Positions 39,241 through 50,500 of a stretch of DNA of 64,000 nucleotides are shown here, in pieces. A model generated the notes under the pieces. It had not been told where the DNA came from. It searched no databases and saw only the letters and a program-made list of their open reading frames with translations. A program made the translations under genes and the position numbers. Origin of the DNA: Flectonema sp. DT1601 (taxonomy: Eukaryota); the NCBI GenBank assembly GCA_964019425.1, contig OZ025796.1:558001-622000 (forward strand), in the 5' to 3' direction. How positions within the stretch are numbered: position 1 is the stretch's first letter; each line of letters starts with the position of its first letter.

Positions 39241-42200
39241 GAATGTTTGGGAGTTGAGAAAGTTTTGTTGTTTCTTTTCCTAAAGATATGGTTTGTGGTC
39301 GTTTTTTCATTGGATCACTGGTCTCGTTCCATATATCTCTCTCTCTCCTCTCTCTCCCTCTATCGTATGAACCTAATCAAACAGTCTTCCCCCTATCTTC
39401 CCTCGGTAACGTGCCGCCCTCAACCCGCACCCCCCATTCAATTAATGATAATTTCGCTTTGTAGTTTTTCTTATATTATGCACTTTTATCGTTTTATTAT
39501 TATCGTTTCCTTCCTATCTCTTATAAAAAATTGCAAATCTTTTTCCCCTGTTTTATTTTTGAAAGGGGGTGCTGAGTAGTATTTAATATAATTTCTCTTT
39601 CGCACATTGCTTGAAGAAAGTCGTTTTTGCTTTATAATTTTATGAAATTTATGAAATAAAATAGTTTTCTAGGTCTTAGACTAAGGGTTTTTTTTTGTAT
39701 CATCCTTCTTCTGTGTGTCTCGTAGCGTTCAGCACTCAACAATACCTGTTACTTGCTTTCCTTTTTTTTTTTTATTAAAGAAAGAGGGGCAAGTAAGGTC
39801 TTCTTGAACAATAATTCGTCGCTATTAGATACGAAGATGGTGGTGTGCAACTCTCTCTTTTGACTTTTGCGGTAGGAGTTCTTTTTTTTTTTTTAAAGAA
39901 TTAATGTTTCCTTCCTCCCGTTTTTATTTTTGCATGGTAAATAATAGGCACTTTTTTTTTTTTTTTTTTTAATTTACATTGTTTGTTTTCTTTTTTTTTC
40001 TTAGGCGGGATATAGCAGTTCTCCTTTTTCTACGATCCACAATAGTCTCTACACGGATGTTGAATGGGGAAGTTATTTTCTGTTGGAATTAAAACCCGCA
40101 TTTTCTTGTACCTCAAAAATGTTTTTTTTTTTTTTTTTTTTGTTTCTTGTGCACTGCACGAGAAATGGATGGGTCGGGTAAGCCATCTCCCCGTTTTTTT
40201 TTTTTTTTTTTTTTTTTTTTTTGAGCTATTGCTGAGAAGGAAAAACAACCGTGCTGCTTTTTTTGCACTAGCTATTATTTTCTTTTTTTTCCCTCGTTTC
40301 TCCCTCCCCACTCACGCCCCCCGAATTAAGTCTGGGGTGTGAATCCAATTTTTTCTTCTTTTTTCTTTTTTCTTTTTTCGAACAGGGAAAAAGACAAAAA
40401 AATAGCACTCAAGAAATAAAAGGGAAATGTTTTGATTTTTTTCGATTTTTTTTTTTTTTTTTGTAAAGCATAAAAGGTAAAGCAGCCAGTGCTATCGATC
40501 TGCCAGGTATTTTAAACAGTTCGATGTACAAAATGCAAATCTTTCGTATTTTTTTTTTAGCTGAATATCTGCCATCAGCCTGTTTGTAAAGTCTCTGCTG
40601 AGCACAAATAATAAATATTGGCAGATGGGTGATTCAGAATACATTCACGACAAATGGTTTTTATTTTTTAATTTTTCAGCAGTGAAGTGTCGTACTTTTA
40701 GGTGGGAAAATTCTTCATTGTCTCCAATGCAGGGAGTTTTACGACCTTTAGTAGTTTATAACCTTTAGTTTTTTTTTTTTTTTTTTTTGCGATCCTTGTC
40801 TATTGGGCAAGGTTTTTGCTCTTACCTCCACTCGCCAAAGAAAATTGCTTCTTGGTACTTACTTTGATTTTACTTTTGTTTTTGTTTTTTTTTCGTTTTG
40901 CAAGAGTATCTTTTTTTCGGTTGCCCTAACACAGTTTGAGGATGGCAGCTGCTGTTCTAAAAACAGCAGATTTTCGCTTTTTTTTTTTCTCTCTCTTCTC
41001 CCTTCCCTCAGTAACAAGGATAAATCACGAACTGACGTCTCAGAAAAAAAAACTTTTTTCGAGTCAAAAACCGAAGACCAATTTGTTTACGTAATTACTG
41101 GCTTGCTTTTCATCTCTCCTTGCTGAAGATATCTATTTTTTATTTCAATTAAATACACACCCAGCGTAATCTTGGAGTTTTCTCTCCTCTGTAAAGGCCG
41201 GGGTTCCCTTTTTTTACTTATAAGTGTTCTTTTATTCATTCATTTTTTGCCAAGCGAAATCGCATCTCATAATAAGGCCCATTGGCAGTGACCTAATCTC
41301 GAGGCGATTTATTTTTGGCAAGTTGGTGAAACCTTTGTTAGACTCAGCAGTGAAATGTGGAGTTGCCATCTGCGAAGAACTTTGAAAGGGTTTCTTGGCA
41401 GTGGCTCTTTAGTTCTCTTCAGTGGTTGCGTACTCATTTCTCTATCTGATTGAATCAAGAGAAGAAAAGGTTTTTTTTTTTTTTTATTGTTCTAACTCCA
41501 TTTATTTTAGTGCAGTTTTTTTCTTTTTCAAGTTTCTTTTTGTTTGCTGCGGGAAGTAGGTATAACATTCCTGCTCTTAGGCGTGTTTGGAGTTTTTCCC
41601 TCTTATTCTTTGAAGTGCGTCGTGGGACTGGTAGGTGGTCCAAACACTTCGAATCTTCCTCTCGTTGTTTTTTTCTTCTCTTTGTAACTTACACGCGTTG
41701 ACGGAATTACAGTAGTCCTTGTTTCTTACACACTTCACCTTTTCTTGGTGCTGAATAGCCTCTCCTGGGCCCCTTTCGTGAGCTTCTCCCGTTTATTTTA
41801 TTTTAATTCTAAGGGGTGGTCAGTACGGCTTTCCAGTACCAGCTGAAAGTGAGCTCCACTCACCCGCTTTTGGTCATGCAATGATTGCTCTCCTAATCTT
41901 GTGTATCCTCATTTTCCTTTATTTTTACTTATTTATATATTTTATCTGTTTCGTACGCAAAACAAACATAACAAACACAAGAGAAAAAATAATTTTAATA
42001 AAATCAAACCAAAATAAAAGGTTAAACTAGTTCTTTATGATAATGTTATATCAAACCGACATATTTTGGGGTTTGACCTTCATCACGAGACTTAACCTTT
42101 TGCATCGACTAACAGTTTCCCCTGACTGCCACGAGACAACAGCGTCCTGGTTCTTGGGAGTGAGCAAAGTAGGTAGTCTTATGGATGAACTTTTTCCCCT

Positions 42201-43572
42201 AAAATCTTATACCCTCGTAAAATGACTTCTTACGAAATCGAGCCTAGCTGATGCCGAATGGTTTGATGCAAGCACTGCACGCACCTCCATCCTGGCACCA
42301 GCTCGCATCTAATTTCGTAATGAACTCTAAAAAAAACAAAAGAATGCAACAAGTTTTTTACAACAAGTATGGCTTGCTATATGAAAAAAGATTGGGGAAA
42401 AGAGGAATGCTTCGCCCCCTTTAGGCGCCCGCGAAACGCAGTGTTGCGCCGAACAATTAATTTAAGGGGTGTGGAAGGTTTTGATTTTTTTCCTCCCAAA
42501 AATATTTTCAATTTTTCCTACACCCATTTTTCAAACAAAATACCCTGTTTGCTTGTCCCTTTTACGCTGGGCAGATTTCCCGCTACTGCTTCCATGTTTA
42601 AGTGCCGATTTTGTTTGTTTGTTTTTTGCACACAAGTGCTATGACTTCCAACGCGGCAAACCCTACAGTTTTCGTGCAGAGTTCATTGCTTGTGTGAAGA
42701 AGAACGAATTTGCAGCACTACTATATCTCACCCTCCCTCACGGTGCGGGAGAGGGCTTTTGCACGTTGTTTCGAAAAAAAGAACAGAACAAAACACGATC
42801 TTATTTACATTCCCTGCCTGAACAGAAGAAGAAATAAGGATTTTTACGAAATTAACCCATATCAATACCCGATTTATGTGATTCTCTTTAGATGTGTATT
42901 ATATGAGGGCGTCACCTTTTTTACAGAAAAGTTCGTGAATGGTTTATTATTAGTTGTCGTTTGTGAATTAAAAAAAACAACATTAAGTGCAAGCAAAAAA
43001 TGAAGAAGAATAATAGCCTTGGTAAATTACACATGCGCACGAAACAAAATAAAACCCTTCCCATATGCAATTACTCTTGTTGCACCAAACCTCTTTCTTT
43101 AATCCTGAGGCTCTCGTACCTTTCCAGATGCCTTACAGATCCTAAGAGGGCGTCACTCGGTGCTCCCGCGTGGTGTCGTCTTCGAAAATGGGCTAATGGA
43201 GTTCAACTTCTAAATTGCGGGAAAAAGAAAGAAATAAAAAATAGTCATCGGGTATTCATACTATGATGTGATTTTTGTTTTACAATATTCCCTCTTTTTT
43301 ATGTTTTGTGATTTTTTTTGCAACAAAATTGTACGGATGAAGTTGAGGAAGCAGTGCAAGACCATTTCCTCTCCCTGATATTAACTAAGCAAATATATTA
43401 ACTTGTCCTCCCTCCCCATCCCTGCCATTCCCGCAAACACACAACAAAAAGAAGTAATATTAGGAGCTGCTTTCTTCCCTTTGAGTTCGCTCTTCAATTC
43501 CTCGCTCCCGACCCGCATCCCTTTGCATCTGATGTTATTTTTTTTGTAAAATATTCAATTTACACAGGAGAC

Positions 43573-45178
43573 ATGACCGGGGATGTCCAAGGACGTGAGT
43601 CTGCGGTTTTTAAAACATCTATTCCTCCAGTGGAGATAAAGATGACTAGTTTCATCAAAAAGATGTTCCGAAAATCGAAACCAACGCCACCTGCTGCATA
43701 CATCCCTCAACCCACTGACCCGCAGCCTGTACCAGAAACTGGAAGTGTAAAAAAAGAAAGTCCTGTTGAAGAAAAGAAGAAGGTAAAAGTCGCTGTATTT
43801 GGTTCGGATGTGTGTGTTTCACCAAAGAAAGCTGAGGAATCGAAGGTTAGAGTGGCGTTACCATTGGGTGTGTCATCCAGTAGTGGTCAGATTGCGAAAA
43901 CAAAGCAATCACCAAAGGCACAATCGAAGGTGACAGTGGCTCCCCCACCAACCGTTTTTGTCCCGCCGACTTCGATAAAAACTGTTGATCAACCCAACAA
44001 GATTTGTATAAAAATGCCAATAGAGCTCTCTGTTGGGAAGATTCAGAAAGACGTTGCCAGTGAGAGTATAAGTAAAAGTGTTAGGATTGAGGAACCAATC
44101 AGGTCGGAGGTTAAACGTACAGCCTCAGCAGAAGACACTTCCTTCCAAATCGCCTCTTCAGCAGGATTTTCTTGTCCAATTGCGTACGATGATTTAATTG
44201 TTGGGAGACAATTAGGGAAGGGAGCACAGGGGGTGGTATCATCCGCAATTCACCGCAAGTCTGGGACTGAATTTGCCCTCAAAATCACTAAATTTGGTGC
44301 CAATTTCACGATGAAAGACTTCAAAGGAGAGGTTGAAAAGCTGCAGAGGATAGCTACAAGTTCCGACCTCGACAGCTGCGCAGTTCGCATGTACGAAGTT
44401 TTCCACCTCGCTTCTACTCATAAAGCTGCGTTCCTTATGGAATGCATGCCTCATGGATCCTTAACAGATTGCCTTTTGAAATTGGCAGGAACGTCTTATG
44501 GCAGTTGCCTTCCTTCTCTCCCACCTCCTCCAACAGCACCGATTAGCTCTGGAGATGTCATAACCCCTCCTCCTTCTGCTACACGATTCTCTATGAAGGA
44601 CGTGTCTTTTATTGCCAGACAGGTGTGTAATCAGCAATCCCTTTAGTGTTTTGGTGCATCTTAATAAAAACAAATAGGGTCTCTCCGCGTTGGCAGCTCT
44701 TCAGCGACTGCGGTTCGTCCACTGTGACATAAAGCCTCATAACCTACTAGTTTCTGGAGGTACTGTAAAGCTGGCAGACTTTGGTGTTGCCAAGGGCACG
44801 GACACGTTGAGTGTTGCTGGTACAGGGACAGGTTCTATTGGTTATATGCCTCCGGAGAGAATTCGTGGGGAAACTTATTCATATAATTCAGATGTCTACA
44901 GCATGGGTATGACTCTGGGGTATTGCGCTCTGGGATGCTACCCACTGAAGGGAGAGTGTGAGTTTGATGCCCTTGCCGCTGTCAGCATGGGGACTGCCAG
45001 AGTCCTCTATCCAGCAGAATGTGTGGATCCGGAGCTGCAGCAATTTACTGACCTCTGTATGTCGGCTGATCGGACTGTGAGACCGTGTGCTGAGCAGTTA
45101 CTGCAGTGCGACTTCATCACAAAGTACCTTGATGAAGGGCCATCTTTTATTGGGTATTTGAAGTCACCGAGTGGGTAA
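43573..45178 (+). CDS. Ser/Thr protein kinase, STE7/MAP2K-like; intron 44623-44677
   Basis: LGKGAQGVV, FALK, HCDIKPHN, KLADFGV, GSIGYMPPERI, YSYNSDVYSMG. The intron joins RQ|GLSAL in frame. Confidence 0.9.
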
Positions 45179-45360
45179 GCCAAAAACCATATAATTTTTG
45201 GACGCCTTTTTGACATCACTGAATGTTGTCCCTAGCCTCCAAACTGCAATTGGCAATGTCAATAGCATTATTTATTAATGTAGTCCCAGGGGTGTCTGTC
45301 CCTGATTTGAAGTCAAAGTAGTTTTTGTTTATTTTACTCTTTGTTTCAACAGGTAAAAAA

Positions 45361-45434
45361 TACCCCATGTGAGACTCGAACTCACAACCTTTGGATTAGA
45401 AGTCCAACGCGCTATCCAATTGCGCCAATGGGGC
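45361..45434 (-). tRNA. tRNA-Arg (TCT)
   Basis: 74-nt cloverleaf. Anticodon arm TTGGA-CT-TCT-AA-TCCAA, T arm GTTCGAGTC, T6 terminator downstream. Confidence 0.97.
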
Positions 45435-45448
45435 CATATTCGGAAGAC

Positions 45449-48137
45449 TTTTTTATTTATTTAGTCACATCCCCCCTGTCTTTCCACTTTATTTTTCTTC
45501 GTTCTGAGCATTCTTGCCCTTCTTATTTTTTGATAAAGTAAACAAGTAAAAACAAGCGCAACTGTCCTGAGTCCGTTGGAGGACTTCCCCGGATAGGAAT
45601 CTCAAGACACAGTTAATATAAAGCGAAGGATCAGTACAGGGACGGTGGCCAAAGACCACTGGGTTACCTACGAGCCATGAAGCTCTGTGGATGTCCTCAG
45701 AGAAATTAGGAGATGATTAAGGAGTGTGATAAGGGAGAATGATACTAATGAATTAGCAACTACCAATCAGTTAACAGTTTGATAAGCCTGTTCGTTGTTC
45801 CAAATGCCATAAGTAGCCTGCTAGGGCGTGAAGATTTCTCGTCGCAAACATTATTGAAAGATTCAGTTTGGTCTCGGAAATTCTCGCTTCCTGAATGTTT
45901 GATCTTATTGTTCCTTCTCTAATGCGGACCACGTCACCATCCTCGCAATCAAATATTAGATGTCGGGCAGAAGAGTCTGTTCTTTTGCAGAAGGGGCACT
46001 TTATCGGTAGTTCATTTACCCTGAGCAGGGGGTGAGAGCCCGTTCTGAACCTGGCTATCCTTATCTCTGATTCTCTCAGCATGTCCTTGGGGTATCGAGC
46101 CGCTCTCAGGCCTCCGGTAGCATCAAGATACTGCCTAAGCATCACCCGTTTGATCGGTGGTTTCGCCCTTGTTGAACCCTCCATAATCTTACCAAACAGC
46201 TTTCTGTTAGCTTCCCTCGCTATCCTTGACTTATGTGCGAAGAAGTCCATAGTCGTTGACACCGGCTTGCTCTTAACATCTTTTGAGATCTTTTTCGCCA
46301 GTTCATCTGCCTTGTCATGCGTCATGCGGTTCAATTCCCACGTGAGCTGGGATGAATTGAAGGTGTACGAATGAGTCTAATTTTCTTATCCCTTCTAGTA
46401 TCGAGAGAGAGTTCAGCTTCCTCTGAGCCGCAATTCCACCACGCAGCTCATCCAGATTGGATTTAGAATCACTGAAGACTCTCGTGATTCCAGATCTGGG
46501 ACCCAAGACAGAGGTTGCTTTTCCAAATTCACTTATTAACAGCTTCAGAGTTACCTGTTCAGCTTTATAACTACTTTCCGTTGCAACAAGTCTCGATGCC
46601 ATGGTCCGTTCACACGGCGTGATCTGCACTGCCGCTGCGCCTGCCGTGTAGTTGACAGGGTCGTGGGATCCGTCAACAAAAATGGACGAGGTACAAGGCC
46701 TAAGTTCGCTGCAGTACTCCTCGAACTTAGCCTTGTCCACTTCAGCAACACCGGTCTTCGAATGTCCATATCCGCAAGATATCTCCAGGTTCGGAACATC
46801 TATCCATGGCTCGATGCTGTCAGGCATGACAATCCCCTGGATCTCCATATTTCGGTCCTCGGCCGGTAAAGTTGAACTCCAAGTTCCACTAGCGATTCCC
46901 TTCGTAGAAGGAACCCAATCCAGTGACCGATACCTGAATAGAGCAATCCTGGCTTGTTTCTCAATCTGCAGTCTCATCGGGAGTATGTTCGCCTCCCACA
47001 GTAACGGAAGGGACCTTGTGTTGAAGCCGCAGCCGGTGATCTTTCTAGCTATCTTCCTCAGATTCAGGTCAATAGGTTTAAGCTGTTCATCTGTCAGGAA
47101 AGGTCCATAGCTCTCAAGCCCATACAGAATCCTTGAGAGAATGTATAAGTTCTTGATCATGTTCAGCGTTTTGAAATCAAAGTTGAATAGCTCTAACTTT
47201 CGAAGCAGAACAAGTCCCTTCCTCGTCTCATCCAGTAGTTTATCCACTTGTGTACCATATGTAAGGTCATCGTCAATATGTACACCCAAGTACTTAACAC
47301 TATCCACCATCGGCATGAGTACGGCAGTCAGCAACTTCACCCAGGTCGGATCCGGACCCACTGGCATCAGTTCAAGAAGTTCACTTGCCTTCGTAACCTC
47401 CGTATCACCCAGCTTGAGGATCATCGCCCCATTTCCAAGTAATGGCCTACCTTCTTCATTTGACCGAATCATCCCAGCCAGTTCCTCCCTACTGATCCGA
47501 AAGAAGTTCTCTCCTGACGTTCTGGGGAATCCCAGCCTCCAATACATATTCCTAGGACAGTCCACCGGCATCCCGCAGGTCTTCGAAACCGACAGTGCCA
47601 TGTCATTATCTTTGCACCAACGATCTACTAACCCAAGGACTAATTGCGCCATCCGGTAAGTTACTTTAAAATCCTTATTCGAAACCACACAAGCTGTGTC
47701 GTCTGCGTAGAGTGCTGAAACACATCCGGTCTTCTCAAGTTTCTTAGCCAGGTCGTCGACATATATCAGATAAAGGAGAGGCCCAACAATCGACCCTTGC
47801 GGAACACCTTTCGTCACAGTTCTGTATGCGCTCAGATTGCCATTGACACTAACCTTTGCCTTCCTTCGCGTCAGAAAGTTAGCGACCCATCCGATGAATG
47901 GTGAAGGAATCCCCATCGCCACCATTTTAGCAATCAGTTTAACATGATTTATCCTATCAAATGCCTCAGTGAAGTCGAAAGAGAGCAGTATCGAACTCTT
48001 GCCACCTTTTCTCGCACCATGAAGCGCATTGACCAGCAGTGAGATTTGCTCGCAAGTATTCCTACCCCTTCTGAAACCTGCCTGAATGGAGGACAAGGCA
48101 TTATTTGACGTCAACCAATACATTAGCCTGTCGTAAA
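45449..48137 (-). mobile_element. 5'-truncated non-LTR family A copy (RT, RNase H, Zn knuckle, 3' UTR), 14 bp upstream of tRNA-Arg
   Basis: Near-identical reverse complement of ~53811-56490. 8-bp TSD CGGAAGAC at 45441-45448 and 48138-48145. A 7-bp duplication (GTCATGC x2, 46314-46327) frameshifts RNase H. Confidence 0.95.
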
Positions 48138-48145
48138 CGGAAGAC

Positions 48146-50260
48146 TTTTTTTTTCTTTTGGTTACACTCGTCTGTGCTACCAAACTCTTTGTTTTTGTTC
48201 TTTTCACTTCTATGTTTTGTCTTTCTTTTATACTTTCTTTTTGACTTAAGTCTGACAAATTGGAAAACACGGGAAACATAGGTAGGCTCCGCCTGAGGAC
48301 GTAAGAAGAGCGGCAACGGAAAAAAAATAAATGGTCACGCGTCCTTGAAATTGGACACACGAAGCTAATTCGGTTACCATTCCTACCATCGATAAGGAAA
48401 AACAAAGAGTCGAGCATATAACTAGAGCGGTGGTCAAAGACCACTTGAACAGCCCGAAGGCCTGCCCTCAAGAGAAATTTTTAAGGAGAATAGGAGAAGA
48501 AGGAGACAGGAGTGTTGGATGAGACACTGCGACAACACCGAAGGTGATGTGCAGTTACCCAACCAGGAGATGATTGATAATGATGAAAATACTAAAAATA
48601 ATAACAAATTGATATTGGCGACTACATGTCACCTACTTTACTTCCAAAGTCTAAGGTTAGATGTTTGTTCCATCCACCTTATGATCAACGCGAGTGATGG
48701 AAGCCACGCTAAAGTGAAGAGGGCTTCAAGGTTAGGAATTTCGTTGGCAATAATAAGTTCCCGGTCGCGATCCCACTTGCCGGTCAGTGTTGAGAAGCCC
48801 AGGATTTTGAACCTGGCCGAGTCGAGTTTGGGAGATTGACATCCCTGCAGCAGGTGAACCTGTGAGGACGGTTCACCACAAAATGGGCAGTCGATCGTCT
48901 TGCGCCAGTTCTGAATTAGCGGGTGACATCCTGTCCGGAAGTTCGCTATCCGTATCTCGTCGGCTCTTTCCATCCCAGGAGGGTATTTAACGGAACGGCC
49001 TCTGATGAGGTGTTTGTAGCAGGTGTAACCACTCACGTTAAGCAGATCCTTTTTGATGCAGCGCTTAACATGTGATGATCGCGAGAAGTACGTGCCTTTG
49101 ACTAGCACAGGTCGGATGTTCTTGTTGTGCGCTGCTTCCTTTGCAAGCGCATCAACTTCATCGTGAAACTCGATTCCAATGTGCGAGGGGATGAATTGCA
49201 AATGCACTTTCATCTCACACATGCGCAGGTATTCCAGTATCTTGAGGGACTCGGTATTCCTCTGTCTGCACCTTCCACCCAGCAGTTCATCCAGAAGGGA
49301 TTTTGAGTCCGTGAATATCCTCACAGATTTCATTGAACGATCTTTGCTAAACACTGTTCTCAGATGTCTAGCCGCGTTCTTCAGAGCATGTTGTTCAGCC
49401 CTGTAGCTGCAGTCAGCTTGATAAAGCCTAGACGCGTAAGCAGATCGAAGGCCGCTACGTGACTTGGCAATATGAGCCGCACCGGCCGCGCCGGAAGCAG
49501 AGTAGGAGCCATCGCAGTTGATTACCATGTCGACAGGAGGCAACGTTCCAATGTACGACATGAACTTTTCTTTGTCCACCGCAGGGTTAGCGGACTTCGG
49601 AAATCCGCAGCTGTTGCTAATCCTAAGGTTCGTCGGAGATATCCAGGGTTCCATCGAGTCAGGCTGCACAAGGCACTGGCTTTCTCGCTGACTATCAGTG
49701 CCAGGGATTAGGCCAGCCCAGTAGCTTTGTGTTGAGGCGAGTCTGTTTGTATTAGGTATCCAAGTCATGGCTTTATACCTGTAGTACGCAATTTTTGTCT
49801 GCTTTTCAATCTGACGTTTAAAAGGATACATGTCAGACTCCCACAACAGTAACTCTCTTGGCGTACACTTGCTGCATCCAGTAACCAGTCTGGCGACCTT
49901 CCTCAGTTCTAAGTCGATGCTGTCAACGCTGCTGCTTATCAGCCAACCAAAACTGTCAAGCGCGTACGAGATTCTCGCGGTTACATAAAGGTTCTTAACC
50001 ATGTTAAGAGTCTTGTAGTCCAGTTCGTACGGCTGGAGGCACTGCAGAAGTGATATCCCCCTCTTTAATTCTTCGTGAATCTTGCCGACTTGTTTGTGGA
50101 AGGTGAGCCTGTCGTCGATGTGAACCCCGAGGTATTTTACTGAGTCGACTATCGGTAACAGAAAGGCAGTTTTGAATATTGCTCTCACAACCATAATGCT
50201 GTCCTCACGAACGACGTATTGCAGCATCAAGTTGTCGAGTTCTTCTTGTGTCTTGATTGA
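48146..50260 (-). mobile_element. 5'-truncated non-LTR family B copy (RT C-terminus, RNase H, Zn knuckle, 3' UTR)
   Basis: ORF 48638-50230 with KYLG, NCDGS, FTDS, FIPSHIGI..DALAK, CPFC..H..C. Protein is homologous to family A but DNA is distinct. Poly-A abuts the TSD of copy A. Confidence 0.93.
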
Positions 50261-50379
50261 CTTTTTATTTATTAAAATAAATAAATAAAAAGACTTCTTT
50301 TTTTCTTTTTAATCTATCTTGATAGAAAATTCAAGTAAATTGTTTTCTCCTTTGGCAATGCTGTAGGATGCGAAAAATC

Positions 50380-50451
50380 TGCGCTCACCGGGAGTCGAAC
50401 CCGGGCCGCTCGCTTGGAAGGCGAGAATACTAACCGTTATACCATGAGCGC
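50380..50451 (-). tRNA. tRNA-Gly (TCC)
   Basis: 72-nt cloverleaf. Anticodon arm CTCGC-CT-TCC-AA-GCGAG, T arm GGTTCGACTCC, T5 terminator downstream. Confidence 0.97.
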
Positions 50452-50500
50452 TTATAAATAAAAAGAACTTATTATTTATAAGCGCTCATGGTATAACGGT
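50433..50500. repeat. Perfect 29-bp inverted repeat of the tRNA-Gly 5' end plus flank, with a 10-nt spacer
   Basis: 50433-50461 ACCGTTATACCATGAGCGCTTATAAATAA is the reverse complement of 50472-50500. Confidence 0.95.

Noticed and set aside
38611..43570. Short ORFs and homopolymer runs in the long spacer (also 18550-20900)
   Set aside because: These are low-complexity Phe/Lys-rich frames from poly-T/poly-A, likely UTR or intergenic. No supported gene or RNA.
48285..48350. Hammerhead-like CTGAGGA-CGT..ACG-GAAA
   Set aside because: It is antisense to the element, and stems I and III cannot be formed.
48138..48471. N-terminal extension of the 718-aa RT ORF (46315-48471)
   Set aside because: It is a chance open frame through the family B 3' UTR and poly-A into the truncated family A copy. 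The same applies to ORF 6497-6718.
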